From: a virus
Taxonomy: Duplodnaviria > Caudoviricetes
Virus record (IMG/VR): IMGVR_UViG_3300030330_000807
Span: 1 to 40,565 of that record
Length of the DNA: 40,565 nt
Reading direction: 5' to 3' (one strand)
Positions 19,825 through 29,851 of the stretch are shown here, in pieces; within the stretch, counting starts at the first letter, position 1, and the number at the start of each line of letters is the position of its first letter. The translations under genes and the position numbers were made by a program. The notes beneath the pieces were generated by a model. That model made no database searches. It worked only from the letters and a program-made list of their open reading frames with translations, and was not told where the DNA came from.

Positions 19825-21795
19825 CTATGTTGCTACTATGTCTACGACTTCACATACACCTGCTGTGCATGCGAGTTCCTTACTACCTGCTGTAGTGTCA
19901 ACACCTTTCTCAAACTCAACAAGTCTATTCCAATCAATATCTTTAGGCATCTGTTTTACTAGATCGTCATATTTCTCTTTATCAATAGCTTGGTAAGGTG
20001 CTTGTGCATATGTATGATCACTATGTGGTAGGAAACTTATACCTGATATGTCTTCAAAGTTTTTATATACCCATGCACCTACCTTTAACCAATCATCTTC
20101 TTTGACTGATATAGTTACAGATGGTTTATGTTCACACCAATACTTCTGAAAGATAGCCCATGTATTTAATTGGTTTATTGAACTAAGCTCTGTCTCTGCT
20201 CCTTCAGGTGCTTTCATTGGAAAGCTAAATACTGTAGTGCTATCAGGTTTCATTACGTCAGGTTCATTTGGTATACCCTCTGCTTTCATAAACTCTGTCA
20301 ATGGGTCTTTGTTGTCACCACGTACAGTGCGAATGTAATACTCGCTATATCTAGTATGTATGCCACTTGCACTATCCACGAGTTGAGAAACAGTACCACT
20401 TGGTTTGACACAAGTGATGGCAGTTGATTGAGGTATACTCAAAGCCTGTGCATATTGTTTGTTTGTTTCAATTGCTTTCTCCTTTAACTTTTCTAAGATA
20501 CCACCTACAAATGTTTCATCAAAAACCATTTGACCATCTTCCAAGTAGATTGTGTTATAACTATTTAACAATTTGCTGTCCATGATACCTGTCAATGACA
20601 CACCAAGTAATCTTTCTTCCTCTGTATTATCTTTCCATATCTTACGTAGATATTTAAAGTCAGTTAGAGTAGCTTGAAGTGTGCCAAGTATTGTAGCAAC
20701 CTCTACCTTTTCAAGAAGAGTTTCTTCTGTATCGTCTGCTCTTACTACAACTTCAGATAGATTACAGAACTGATATGGTCTAAGTATAATTTCACTACAA
20801 GGGTTACAACCAAACTGATGATCAACATCTCGTCTACCATTTTTACTTGCTTGTCTTTTAGCTGACTCTCTGTTGAATATACCACGTTCTCCTGATTTAC
20901 TTTCAACAAGTGCCAACCATTCACGCATAAATGTTTCCATGTTAATCTTACCCTTGTATGCTATGCTGTTATTAGCCAATGCTCGTTGTCCTTCATTCTC
21001 CCACCATTGACCTGACTTAGCATACCTCATTTGGTCATCACCTAAATTGGAAAGACTGATGAGAGCAGATCGTCTAACCCCACCTACGACTACTACCTCA
21101 CCAATCTTACACATTATGTCGTGGCATTCTATAGGATATAACCTTCTACCTGCTGCACCCTTAAACACTGCGACACAAAACCGATAAAAGTCTACGAGTG
21201 GTTCAGGACCTGATGCTCTACCACCAAATGTTTTAAGTCTTGCACCTGCTGGTCTAACATCTTCAACATCAAACTCAGGAACTTGACCTACATATAACAT
21301 AGCGATAAGTTCTCTTACTGCCCTTGCCCAACCTGATCTTGAATCGGCAACTTTAATTACTGTTGTACTATCTTCAAAGTGTTCATTAACTACAGGAAGT
21401 TTATCAATGTTCTCTCTTTCTACAGAGAAACCTACACCTGTACCACACATAAGAATATACATACATTCGTCAAATGCACGAGGGCTATCTACAGGTAAGT
21501 AAGAACAGTTGTATCCTGCTACATTACATTTGTCTAGTGCTTTACCTGCTGTCATTAAAGCTCTCATGCTTGGCATTACATTTAAATTAATTATATTATT
21601 ATATATTTTCTCTTGCAATTCAAGAGATAAATCTAAGTTATGTTTCTTAGAAACGTGAGTAACAATATAGTTTACATATCTTTCTACTGTTTCTGCCCAT
21701 GTTTCTCTTCTACTTTCATGCTCTAGCCATCTAGCATATCTAGATAGTGCAATAAAGTTTTGATAATCTGTTGGTAGTTTTATATCATTATTCAT
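19825..21795 (-). CDS. nrdJ: Class II (adenosylcobalamin-dependent) ribonucleotide reductase
   Basis: 656 aa; NCS, GTGVG, RRSA, NPCSEI, TCVKPSGTVSQL and C-terminal CxxxxC; no beta-subunit gene nearby. Confidence 0.9.
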   Translation of the reverse strand: MNNDIKLPTDYQNFIALSRYARWLEHESRRETWAETVERYVNYIVTHVSKKHNLDLSLELQEKIYNNIINLNVMPSMRALMTAGKALDKCNVAGYNCSYLPVDSPRAFDECMYILMCGTGVGFSVERENIDKLPVVNEHFEDSTTVIKVADSRSGWARAVRELIAMLYVGQVPEFDVEDVRPAGARLKTFGGRASGPEPLVDFYRFCVAVFKGAAGRRLYPIECHDIMCKIGEVVVVGGVRRSALISLSNLGDDQMRYAKSGQWWENEGQRALANNSIAYKGKINMETFMREWLALVESKSGERGIFNRESAKRQASKNGRRDVDHQFGCNPCSEIILRPYQFCNLSEVVVRADDTEETLLEKVEVATILGTLQATLTDFKYLRKIWKDNTEEERLLGVSLTGIMDSKLLNSYNTIYLEDGQMVFDETFVGGILEKLKEKAIETNKQYAQALSIPQSTAITCVKPSGTVSQLVDSASGIHTRYSEYYIRTVRGDNKDPLTEFMKAEGIPNEPDVMKPDSTTVFSFPMKAPEGAETELSSINQLNTWAIFQKYWCEHKPSVTISVKEDDWLKVGAWVYKNFEDISGISFLPHSDHTYAQAPYQAIDKEKYDDLVKQMPKDIDWNRLVEFEKGVDTTAGSKELACTAGVCEVVDIVAT

Positions 21796-21964
21796 CTTTT
21801 ATCTCCTGTGTTACTTTCATTGTTTTAATTTCTACTCCATTGATATCGTGTATATATTCACGTATACCATCCTCTAACTCTTCTGTGATGTCTCCATCTG
21901 AAGGTATTAAATAATCTTCAGGGTCTACATCTAGATTTAACCACATCCTAACTTTTATTCGCAT
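21788..21964 (-). CDS. Hypothetical protein (58 aa, not in ORF track)
   Basis: Own translation MRIKVRMWLNLDVDPEDYLIPSDGDITEELEDGIREYIHDINGVEIKTMKVTQEIKDE; overlaps both neighbours. Confidence 0.65.
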   Translation of the reverse strand: MRIKVRMWLNLDVDPEDYLIPSDGDITEELEDGIREYIHDINGVEIKTMKVTQEIKDE

Positions 21965-22238
21965 CTCTAATCTCTATTAATTTATTAAGATACCAAAGAG
22001 CTTTTTTTAAATCTTGAGAACCATCTTTGTATCTGTATCTCCAAAGATATTTCATTATGTTTCCTTGTAGATAATACTCAAACCCTGTGTCTGTTGCTGC
22101 TTCAATGGCATCAATACACTCAATACCTTTTTGGTTGTAATGTGGTGGGTGATTAACCATATCAGACTCCTCTGATAGGAACTCATCTACATTATTTCCT
22201 TTTTCAAATTCTATCATTTCTTTTATCGTAGCATTCAT
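21948..22238 (-). CDS. DUF3310 protein (T7 gp1.7-like putative nucleotide kinase)
   Basis: DMVNHPPHY...IECIDAI...GNIMKYLWRY..K.G.QDLKKALWYL. Confidence 0.85.
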   Translation of the reverse strand: MNATIKEMIEFEKGNNVDEFLSEESDMVNHPPHYNQKGIECIDAIEAATDTGFEYYLQGNIMKYLWRYRYKDGSQDLKKALWYLNKLIEIRDANKS

Positions 22239-22588
22239 TAAGCACTCCCTTCAGTATCTGATTTAAAATCTAATGTAATCACATTACCATCTTTATTTTG
22301 CACTGTCAACTTATCATTTGCTCTTGTGTCTTTTTTCTTTAACTCTTTTATAAAGTCTTCTATTTCATATAATAAATCTTTGTCTAGCTCCATCATGGGA
22401 ACAAGAGCAGACATGCATGTACATAAATGGAACAGTGCTTCATTGTCAAAGTGTGTTAAACCATTTTCTTTTGAAGACATAATATTAATTTCAACTTGAC
22501 CTGTCCATGCTCTCTTGTGATCTAGTTGAGGTCTTACATTAATTATAAAATCTTCAGGCTTTAAGAATTTAGTATCTATTTTTTTCAT
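22238..22588 (-). CDS. Hypothetical protein
   Basis: 116-aa coupled ORF ending in the NVITLDF motif. Confidence 0.6.
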   Translation of the reverse strand: MKKIDTKFLKPEDFIINVRPQLDHKRAWTGQVEINIMSSKENGLTHFDNEALFHLCTCMSALVPMMELDKDLLYEIEDFIKELKKKDTRANDKLTVQNKDGNVITLDFKSDTEGSA

Positions 22589-22591
22589 ATG

Positions 22592-23047
22592 TTAACTCCT
22601 TTTTACTTTTCTACCTTTGAAAGGTATGAATGTTAATGTTAATCTTTTTCCTTTTTCTTTTAACCAATCTTCAGGAACAACCCTATCACAATAACGAAAC
22701 CCATATCGGATGCACCACTCTGCATAAGAAGACTTTGCACCTTTACGTAATTTTCTTTTACTATTTGTAAACACAAAACGAATATCTAATTTGGGGTGTT
22801 GCTTTTTGATAGCCTTATGTTTACGTCTATCCAAAGCATTAAATATTCCTTTGGTTTCTATTATTATACCATTGTCTAATACAAAATCAGGGGTATAGGT
22901 GCGATAAGCAAGGTCTTCCCATTCTATCTTTAGCTTTTCATATGTGAAAGCTACCTTTAATTTTTTTAGATAAGTAGCAAGAGTATCCTCTAAACCACTC
23001 CTATACCCATTCTTTCGTGCTATCTGCCTAGCACTATACGCTGACAT
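22592..23047 (-). CDS. T7 endonuclease I-like Holliday junction resolvase
   Basis: YRSGLE, YTPDFVL.NGIIIETKG, DRRKH and LDIRFVF motifs. Confidence 0.9.
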   Translation of the reverse strand: MSAYSARQIARKNGYRSGLEDTLATYLKKLKVAFTYEKLKIEWEDLAYRTYTPDFVLDNGIIIETKGIFNALDRRKHKAIKKQHPKLDIRFVFTNSKRKLRKGAKSSYAEWCIRYGFRYCDRVVPEDWLKEKGKRLTLTFIPFKGRKVKRS

Positions 23048-23049
23048 TT

Positions 23050-23274
23050 TTAAAAATTATACCAACGAATTGTTCCGTTGTAGCTATCGTTGTCTCTACT
23101 TAGATAGCCTAACGATTTCATTTCTTCACGCACTAGCTTCTCTGCTTCTTTGCGTTGCTCTATAGCTACACGTAGCCCTTCTGTTCTACGTTCTCTATAT
23201 TCTTTCTTCATTGCGATAAGTTCTTTTTCTTTTTCTTTGATCATATCGCCTAATTCTTCAATTGTAGTTGTCAT
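23050..23274 (-). CDS. Hypothetical coiled-coil protein
   Basis: 74 aa, E/K-rich; RBS GGAGG. Confidence 0.6.
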   Translation of the reverse strand: MTTTIEELGDMIKEKEKELIAMKKEYRERRTEGLRVAIEQRKEAEKLVREEMKSLGYLSRDNDSYNGTIRWYNF

Positions 23275-23277
23275 AAC

Positions 23278-24021
23278 TTACCTCCATATCTTTTTTGCTT
23301 CTTTTTGTAATTTATATCCCCATGTCCACGAATCAAAGTTTGGATATATTAAAGAAGCTAGCTCATATCTATCACTACTGATAGACAAAAATTTCTGTAT
23401 ACTAAAAGCTACTTTTTCAAGTTGCTTTTTATAAACAGATAAATTATCTAGTGTAAATTTTTTATAGTCTTTTGGTGAAGCAAAAAATAGTTCTACATTA
23501 TTATCAGGATATGCCATAGAATAGAATGCCATCTGTCTTTTCTGTGCTTCTGTTGGTTGTGATGGCAATCTAGTTGTTGTTTTTAAATCTACTATTGTAT
23601 TAATAAATCTAAAATCAATATACCCAACGTAAGGCACAGGCAAATCTTCAAACTTTACTTCAACCTTTTCTTGATAGTCTTGTAAATCAGTATAGTCAAA
23701 GTTGTTATCAATTATTTTTGCAAAGTTTTTTAATAGTTTCTTTTCTTTTTCTATTTTAACATCTTCTAAGTCAAGTTTAAATTCAATACAAGTATCTATA
23801 AATTTAGGTTCTAAAATATCAAAATCAAACTTTCCTGTTCTATACTTATCTGCTAACACAGACTCCTGCACAATACCTCTAACTGCACCTGCACCACTTC
23901 CTGACTTAACACCAAACAAATACCTAGCTACCCACATAGGCATATCGCTTATGTAGGTATTTACACTGCTAGGTGATAGGTACTTGATGTTGTGTACCTC
24001 AAATGGATTATTCTTTTTCAT
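23278..24021 (-). CDS. PD-(D/E)XK (RecB/Cas4-like) exonuclease
   Basis: LSPSS, RG...E, GYID...IVDLKTT and RQMAFY motifs. Confidence 0.8.
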   Translation of the reverse strand: MKKNNPFEVHNIKYLSPSSVNTYISDMPMWVARYLFGVKSGSGAGAVRGIVQESVLADKYRTGKFDFDILEPKFIDTCIEFKLDLEDVKIEKEKKLLKNFAKIIDNNFDYTDLQDYQEKVEVKFEDLPVPYVGYIDFRFINTIVDLKTTTRLPSQPTEAQKRQMAFYSMAYPDNNVELFFASPKDYKKFTLDNLSVYKKQLEKVAFSIQKFLSISSDRYELASLIYPNFDSWTWGYKLQKEAKKIWR

Positions 24022-24911
24022 TAAAAAGGTATCTCATCATCAACATCAACAAGGTTATTTACTACATCTTTATCCGACTTAGATAGCTCTTCAGGTTTAG
24101 CTTTTTCATTCCATGCATTAAATATGTATGAGTTATAATTCTCAATCCACTGCATGAAATCAGAGAAGTTATCCTGTGTGCTGTCTTCTACTTCTAATAC
24201 TTCGTCATTTAAAGTTGTAGTTGGTAGATAGTATGCATTACCATTGGGTAGCTTTCTTTGCTCAGAACCTAACTTAATTTTGTATTGAACAGGTAAATGT
24301 TTTCTGCTTCCTATCTTAGCTATAGGTTCTCCCATGATCTTAAATGCATCTCTATTGTCTACTTCCCAAATGAATGGCAAGTCTCCAATCTCCATGACAT
24401 CATTACCATCAGCATTTAGAACTGACCCTGCTGATAATGTTCCAATCAACACCCTAACTCTCTTAATGCTTTTCAAGAGTTCTTTGGTTTTAGGTGGCAG
24501 TGCTTGGTAGTCTTTCACAAAACCTGCTGGTTTTCCACAGTTAAAACCACCCATGTTATCCTTTAGATCAACATTTAAGTTATCTGCCATTATAGTTTTA
24601 ATGTAAAAACCTTTGCCTGACTCAGGCTTAACAAACTTCTTGTACATAAATCTTTGTACGTAAGGTCTGATTGTTACATCGTCAGAGTAGAATACACTCT
24701 CACTTGCCAAGTCATCAATTTTATAAGAACCACCATTGACTATAGCAGCTTGAGTCTTTTTACCCTTGACTTCAACCTCACCCATGATAGGTGAATGTTG
24801 TATTTTAAGACGAGCAAGTTGTGCTGTCTGTTTCTTTTGGGTTATGTCTACTCCCATACCCATCTTCTGTGCCATATCGGCAAACTTATTTAAGCTAGTA
24901 TCTATATTCAT
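24021..24911 (-). CDS. Putative single-stranded DNA-binding protein
   Basis: 296 aa directly after polA; acidic C-terminal tail DVDDEIPF. Confidence 0.65.
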   Translation of the reverse strand: MNIDTSLNKFADMAQKMGMGVDITQKKQTAQLARLKIQHSPIMGEVEVKGKKTQAAIVNGGSYKIDDLASESVFYSDDVTIRPYVQRFMYKKFVKPESGKGFYIKTIMADNLNVDLKDNMGGFNCGKPAGFVKDYQALPPKTKELLKSIKRVRVLIGTLSAGSVLNADGNDVMEIGDLPFIWEVDNRDAFKIMGEPIAKIGSRKHLPVQYKIKLGSEQRKLPNGNAYYLPTTTLNDEVLEVEDSTQDNFSDFMQWIENYNSYIFNAWNEKAKPEELSKSDKDVVNNLVDVDDEIPF

Positions 24912-24936
24912 ATAAACTCCTTTCTAAAGTGTTCTA

Positions 24937-24965
24937 GTTATATCAGGTAACGTCCTTCGTGTCAA
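24937..24965 (-). promoter_or_regulatory. Sigma70-type promoter for the SSB/nuclease/RNR operon, inside the polA 3' end
   Basis: Minus strand TTGACA-N17-TATAAC with TGn extended -10, followed by RBS AAGGAG and ATG 24911. Confidence 0.7.
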
Positions 24966-26967
24966 GCCAATTATTACCTATTTTTGCTTCTAATACTAAT
25001 GGTACATTTAAATCTATTTTGAACTGTTTGTCAACAATTATTTTCAATTTATCATTAGTATTTTTTATTACAGTAAGTACGCTGTCAACCTCGTCAGGGT
25101 GTACATCTATAACTATACTATCATGCACTGTGTTTACTATACATGACTGCATACTTTGTAATTCTTTTTCAATCTCTAACAACGTGACAGGAACAATATC
25201 TGCTGTTGCAAAACTTTGTACAGGAAAGTTCTTTATCTGTGTAAAGTGTGTGGGTGAACCATTAAACCTTCTCTGCACATCAGGAAAAGCAAACGATCTT
25301 CCTGATGGTGTCTTTATTCTTCCATCATTTAGAGCTTCCTTAGCCAATCTGGCATGCCAAAGTGAGATTCCTTTGTACTTTTCCGTGAACTGTCTATAAT
25401 ACGTTGCTTCAGCAGGCGACCTCCCAAACCCTGTAGCTCCGTAGAGTGGTGCGAATGTATGTGCCTTCGCTTCTTGCCTACTAATTTTTTGACCACCTTC
25501 AGAAATAATCTTGGCAGTATAGTTATGTACGTCAAACCCATTGTTTATCTCCATCATTGCTACTTCGTCTTGTGATAAATATGCAGCAGTTCTAAACTCT
25601 AACTGTGCAAAGTCTGCTTCTAATATCTTACCACCATCCCATCGTGACACGAACACACGCTTAACAGGAAACGTACCACCTCTTGGCATGTTCTGCATGT
25701 TAGGGTCTGCTCCACTAAATCTACCTGTCGCTGTGCGATGTTGTAATAATCTAACGTGTAGCTTTCCGTCAGACTTTATATTATTAGATATACCCTCAAC
25801 GAATGAAGAGAGATAACTATCTAAAGCAGATAATCTAATAACCTTACCTAAGAAGTTCTCTGCTCTGTCCATATTTTTTTGACGAGCAACAGACTTTAGA
25901 TACTGTAAACTATTCTTACTTGTAGTAAATCCATTTGCAGATATCCACTTTGCAGTTGGTGGTGTGAAACCCATACCTGCTAACTCAGATGTAGGAATAA
26001 ACTTATATCCTAATCCATCACACTCTACGCATCTATTCTCATTTGCATAAGGTGTGCCATCCTTTCTAGTCTTTCTTATCTTACCATGACCATGACATAC
26101 ATGACACTGCTCTGCCTTTGTCTTTCTTAGTATATCTGCTTTAGCATTCATAGCACTACGGAACTCTTCCTTTGGCATGTGAGAGTTGAATGTCATAACC
26201 CAATCGTGTTTATCTTTAGGCTTTCTAGAATATATAATCCACGATAATTGTTCAGGACTATTTAAATTAATAGGTGTGTCACCCATAAAGTATCTTGTTT
26301 CTTTTATTAACTCCTCTTCTATCTCTTGCTTTTCTTTTGTGAAGTCATTACGAACAGCATCTAATTGTTTTATATCCACATTAAAACCTACACGATATAT
26401 CCTAGCTAGACATAGTGCCACATCATTAGTAAGATCAACTGTGTTAGATAAATGACTGTACGTATCTGATGCTAGCTTTGTTTGTATCTCACCTGCTAAC
26501 TGCTGTGTTGCATGTAAGTCAGCAGATAAATATTCTGATAACTCGTTAGGTGGTATGTCAGCAACCGAATATCCCTTCTTAAAATATTCTTTAAGAGTAT
26601 CTTGTTTTTTTGTTTCAAGATCGTATCGCAATGCACACATTTCTAATGTCAAGGATTCTTTCTGCCCTTCTTGTAGTATATATTCACCAAGCATAGTGTC
26701 AAATACTTTGCCATCATATCTAAATCCACACTCCCATAGCCACATTAAATCGTGAACAATATTATGTCCTATCATTACTGTAGTCTCATCTAGTATAGAT
26801 TGTATTGTTACAGACGCATTGTCATCGCTCATTCTTATAAGGTGTTCATCTCCTGTCTCAGTCAATGCACCTACCATAACTAATTCATTCTTCTCTTCAA
26901 AAGGATCAAGGTGTAACTTACCCTCTCGCTTTTGTACTGTATTTTCTACATCAATTACTGTTTTCAT
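24943..26967 (-). CDS. polA: Family A DNA polymerase with inserted DnaJ-type zinc finger (HMO-2011 type)
   Basis: Exonuclease DVE and HN..HD; motif A DFAQLEFR, motif B RQEAKAHTF..LYG (Phe at the 762-equivalent), motif C VHDS; CHVCHGHG and CVECDGLG. Confidence 0.95.
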   Translation of the reverse strand: MKTVIDVENTVQKREGKLHLDPFEEKNELVMVGALTETGDEHLIRMSDDNASVTIQSILDETTVMIGHNIVHDLMWLWECGFRYDGKVFDTMLGEYILQEGQKESLTLEMCALRYDLETKKQDTLKEYFKKGYSVADIPPNELSEYLSADLHATQQLAGEIQTKLASDTYSHLSNTVDLTNDVALCLARIYRVGFNVDIKQLDAVRNDFTKEKQEIEEELIKETRYFMGDTPINLNSPEQLSWIIYSRKPKDKHDWVMTFNSHMPKEEFRSAMNAKADILRKTKAEQCHVCHGHGKIRKTRKDGTPYANENRCVECDGLGYKFIPTSELAGMGFTPPTAKWISANGFTTSKNSLQYLKSVARQKNMDRAENFLGKVIRLSALDSYLSSFVEGISNNIKSDGKLHVRLLQHRTATGRFSGADPNMQNMPRGGTFPVKRVFVSRWDGGKILEADFAQLEFRTAAYLSQDEVAMMEINNGFDVHNYTAKIISEGGQKISRQEAKAHTFAPLYGATGFGRSPAEATYYRQFTEKYKGISLWHARLAKEALNDGRIKTPSGRSFAFPDVQRRFNGSPTHFTQIKNFPVQSFATADIVPVTLLEIEKELQSMQSCIVNTVHDSIVIDVHPDEVDSVLTVIKNTNDKLKIIVDKQFKIDLNVPLVLEAKIGNNWLDTKDVT

Positions 26968-27403
26968 TTACTGTCTCCTTATGTTTAGTCATGTATTCTA
27001 CAGCTTTTTTTAATCTTGTCAAGCTATCTTTGAATCCACCTAGACCTACATTACAGTGATGACATAGCCACCCTCTGAATGTGCCTGTCTCATGGCAATG
27101 ATCTAACACCCAATTCTGCAATCGTGGTTGGTTATACTTGCCTATCTCCTCTATATCCCTGTCGCATATAGGACATTTATAATGTTCATTAGGGTATGGG
27201 TTCTCTTTCTTTAGTTGTTTAACTAGGTTAGATTGGTTTCTCATGCAAGTTCTGCATGTCCTCTTTATCTCAGAGGGTTTATCACTAGCATAGTTCATTG
27301 CGTTGAATTGATCTATTGGTTGTGTTGTATTGCATTTAATGCATACCAATGTATCTTTAACAACAAGTTTTTGCCTTAATTTAAATCCAAATAAATCCCT
27401 CAT
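26951..27403 (-). CDS. Endonuclease VII-like HNH nuclease
   Basis: CPIC...LDHCH.TG.FRGWLC..CN.GLG.F.D plus N-terminal CxxC pairs. Confidence 0.85.
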   Translation of the reverse strand: MRDLFGFKLRQKLVVKDTLVCIKCNTTQPIDQFNAMNYASDKPSEIKRTCRTCMRNQSNLVKQLKKENPYPNEHYKCPICDRDIEEIGKYNQPRLQNWVLDHCHETGTFRGWLCHHCNVGLGGFKDSLTRLKKAVEYMTKHKETVNENSN

Positions 27404-28623
27404 GCGTTGTATCTCGCAATTAAATAATCTAACTCACAGTGTACACTACCATGCCATCCTGATAATTTGTTCTTGACAATATTTAAATGTCTCTGTGCGT
27501 CTTCTTCTTCTTGCCCTTCTACCTGTGGGTTCTTGGCAATAAGTATCATTAAGTCTGCTTCTGCAGCTTTACCTGTACGACTACCTTCCATCATGCTTTG
27601 ATTAAGTATAACCTTACCCTCTGCTTCTGCACTTAACTGTGACATATATAACACAGCACAATCATATTGTTTTGCTATCTGTCTTGCATGTACAGCACAT
27701 GCTTTTAATGCTTCGTCAGGTCTAGCATATCCTTTGTGTGTAGCAAACTTATCACCCATATCAAGCACTACAATATCAGGTCTTTCTTTCTTGACAGCAG
27801 ACTCTACCCAACTCATGTCATAACCTGTAGTGTCTTTAATAAATATATTCTTACGCAATGGTGCATATATCTCATTAGCTTTTTGCATGTCATTCTTAAC
27901 TTGATGTAGGTTCATGCCTGTACCTGCCGTAAGATACCTTGCACCCACTCTATGAAAGCCCTCTTCATTACAAAGCACAATACACTTAGCACCTTGTGAT
28001 GCAAAACCACCCGGACCTGCTATAAGACTAGCATGGAAAGATGTCTTACCTGTATTAGGTCTAGCACCTACCTCTATTAAATGTCCTGCATTGATACCCT
28101 CTACCTTTCTACATAGTGTAGGTATATTAAATGTCCATCTTGCTTCAAGGTCATTCTTGTCCAGCAGGTTTTCAATACTTATGTCAGCCCACTCAATATT
28201 CATTGTAGGTGTAAAGTCATCACTGTATTGCTCAAGTATATTACGTAATGGTTCTAAAGAACTCTTAGCACCATTTACATAATCAAAACCTAAATTAGCA
28301 ATGTCCTCACCAATAACCTGTTGGAAAAGTTTGGACAATACTTCCTGTGCTACGTCATCTCCCATAGGCTTCTCGCTTTTAACCTGTCTAAACAAAGCAC
28401 CAAAGGCATTCTTCTGTGCCGTTGTCATGCTTGGATTACTAGACAAGAACAATGCCTGTACCTCATCAGGTGTCACTGTCCTGCCATACCTATCCATAGC
28501 TTTGTCAATGACAACCTTTATCTTTTGTGCATCCTTACTGAACAGTCTGTTAGGACACCTAGCTCCACGATGATCTTCGTAGAACTTCTTACTCATTAAA
28601 CTTCTTAGTAATGCTAATTCCAT
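27400..28623 (-). CDS. SF4 (DnaB/T7 gp4-like) replicative helicase
   Basis: Walker A GARPNTGKT, NEE, IVVLD, SQLS, EAD and KNK motifs. Confidence 0.9.
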   Translation of the reverse strand: MELALLRSLMSKKFYEDHRGARCPNRLFSKDAQKIKVVIDKAMDRYGRTVTPDEVQALFLSSNPSMTTAQKNAFGALFRQVKSEKPMGDDVAQEVLSKLFQQVIGEDIANLGFDYVNGAKSSLEPLRNILEQYSDDFTPTMNIEWADISIENLLDKNDLEARWTFNIPTLCRKVEGINAGHLIEVGARPNTGKTSFHASLIAGPGGFASQGAKCIVLCNEEGFHRVGARYLTAGTGMNLHQVKNDMQKANEIYAPLRKNIFIKDTTGYDMSWVESAVKKERPDIVVLDMGDKFATHKGYARPDEALKACAVHARQIAKQYDCAVLYMSQLSAEAEGKVILNQSMMEGSRTGKAAEADLMILIAKNPQVEGQEEEDAQRHLNIVKNKLSGWHGSVHCELDYLIARYNA

Positions 28624-29417
28624 ATCATCTCCTTCATGTTGTTAATATCAATATCTTCTTCATACTTTATGTCGTCAGTCAATCGCAGTACCATAACAGT
28701 ACGCACCCAACTTTGCAACTCTTTTCTTATCTGTAAAGTTTTCTGTAATGCATCAGGGTCAAGTGCAACCACAACCTTATCAAAGTTATGACACAGAAAT
28801 CTTTTATGTTCTTCTAGTAGGTTTGTACCTAGCAGTGCTACACCTGTGATGCCATGCTTTGCGGCTGTACACGCACTGTAACAATCCTCTACTAACACAC
28901 AACTATTATCACCACCATCTCCACCTTTACCATTCCATGCTACGAAAGGATGTCTACTACTACCATACCTTTTCCATTTAGGTAAACGATTGTCAGTGGA
29001 TGCACCTATAGCATCTACAATCATACCTTTCTCACTATCTTTGATTAGAAAGACTGCTCTGTTTTCTTTTACATCATTAAGACAATAGTCTCTCCATATC
29101 TTTTCTTTCCACGTAAGACCACCAATATTGTCAAACCTATTCTCGTCAAACCTATCCTCATGTATAGGCACTATATGTTCAGGCAATACAAAAGTCTCAG
29201 GTACAGTATCTCTCTTTACATTTCTTATTTGTTCAACTGTCATAGGAACTCTTCTACTACCACTAACTGAACAACTAGCTTTATAACAATTAAATAAAAT
29301 AGAACCCATACTGTTTGTAATAGTAAAAGTATTTTTACCACCACAAAACTGACAGTCCATTCTCTTTGTACTACCTATAGGTACATCATTATCTTGTAGT
29401 ATAGTATTTATGTCCAT
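28614..29417 (-). CDS. DNA primase (Zn finger + TOPRIM)
   Basis: CQFC...CYKASC zinc finger; VLVED..SA, ALLGT and ALDPDA TOPRIM motifs. Confidence 0.85.
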   Translation of the reverse strand: MDINTILQDNDVPIGSTKRMDCQFCGGKNTFTITNSMGSILFNCYKASCSVSGSRRVPMTVEQIRNVKRDTVPETFVLPEHIVPIHEDRFDENRFDNIGGLTWKEKIWRDYCLNDVKENRAVFLIKDSEKGMIVDAIGASTDNRLPKWKRYGSSRHPFVAWNGKGGDGGDNSCVLVEDCYSACTAAKHGITGVALLGTNLLEEHKRFLCHNFDKVVVALDPDALQKTLQIRKELQSWVRTVMVLRLTDDIKYEEDIDINNMKEMIWN

Positions 29418-29428
29418 GTGTCATCCTT

Positions 29429-29470
29429 TCTGTTAACAGATTTAATATCATATTTTTAACTTAAAGGCAA
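29429..29470 (-). promoter_or_regulatory. Candidate sigma70 promoter for primase with a downstream 12-bp palindrome
   Basis: Minus strand TTGCCT-N17-TATTAA with TGn; perfect palindrome TCTGTTAACAGA at 29429-29440; RBS AAGGA. Confidence 0.45.
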
Positions 29471-29851
29471 GTACCTCATACGTAAATCTTTTCTCAATGT
29501 AGGTGCATCATTAATAATTCTTCGTGCTACTTTAGAAAATCTAAATTTAGTATAAGGTACATACTCGCCTTTGATTGGTCTGATTTGTGGTGCAATATAA
29601 TCCTGAAAACCAAAGTCATTCCTCTGCTGTTCAAGGGTATGCAACAAACCTGCATCCCACTCATCATCTATATCACTCCATGTCCACTTAAATATATCTT
29701 TGTATTCTAATCGTGGTGGCTGTAGTTCATAGATAATTTGTGAGATGACACCAACATTCCTGTATTCAAATTTACTGTAAGCGTGTTGCAGAAATGCAAC
29801 AACTTCAGCCTTTGTCCATGTATTAGTACGCACGTTCCCAAGCCGTTTCAT
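29456..29851 (-). pseudogene. Truncated tyrosine-integrase-like ORF lacking the catalytic C-terminus
   Basis: WT..EV..FL..AY....RNVG.I.Q..YE, W.DID and QQ..DFGFQ.Y.AP resemble HMO-2011-type integrases as recalled; same position upstream of primase; ends before the HxxR/GH/Tyr region; no clear RBS. Confidence 0.55.

Noticed and set aside
23278-24021. Cas4 as evidence of a CRISPR system
   Set aside because: It lacks the four Fe-S cysteines and sits in the replication module as an ordinary PD-(D/E)XK nuclease.
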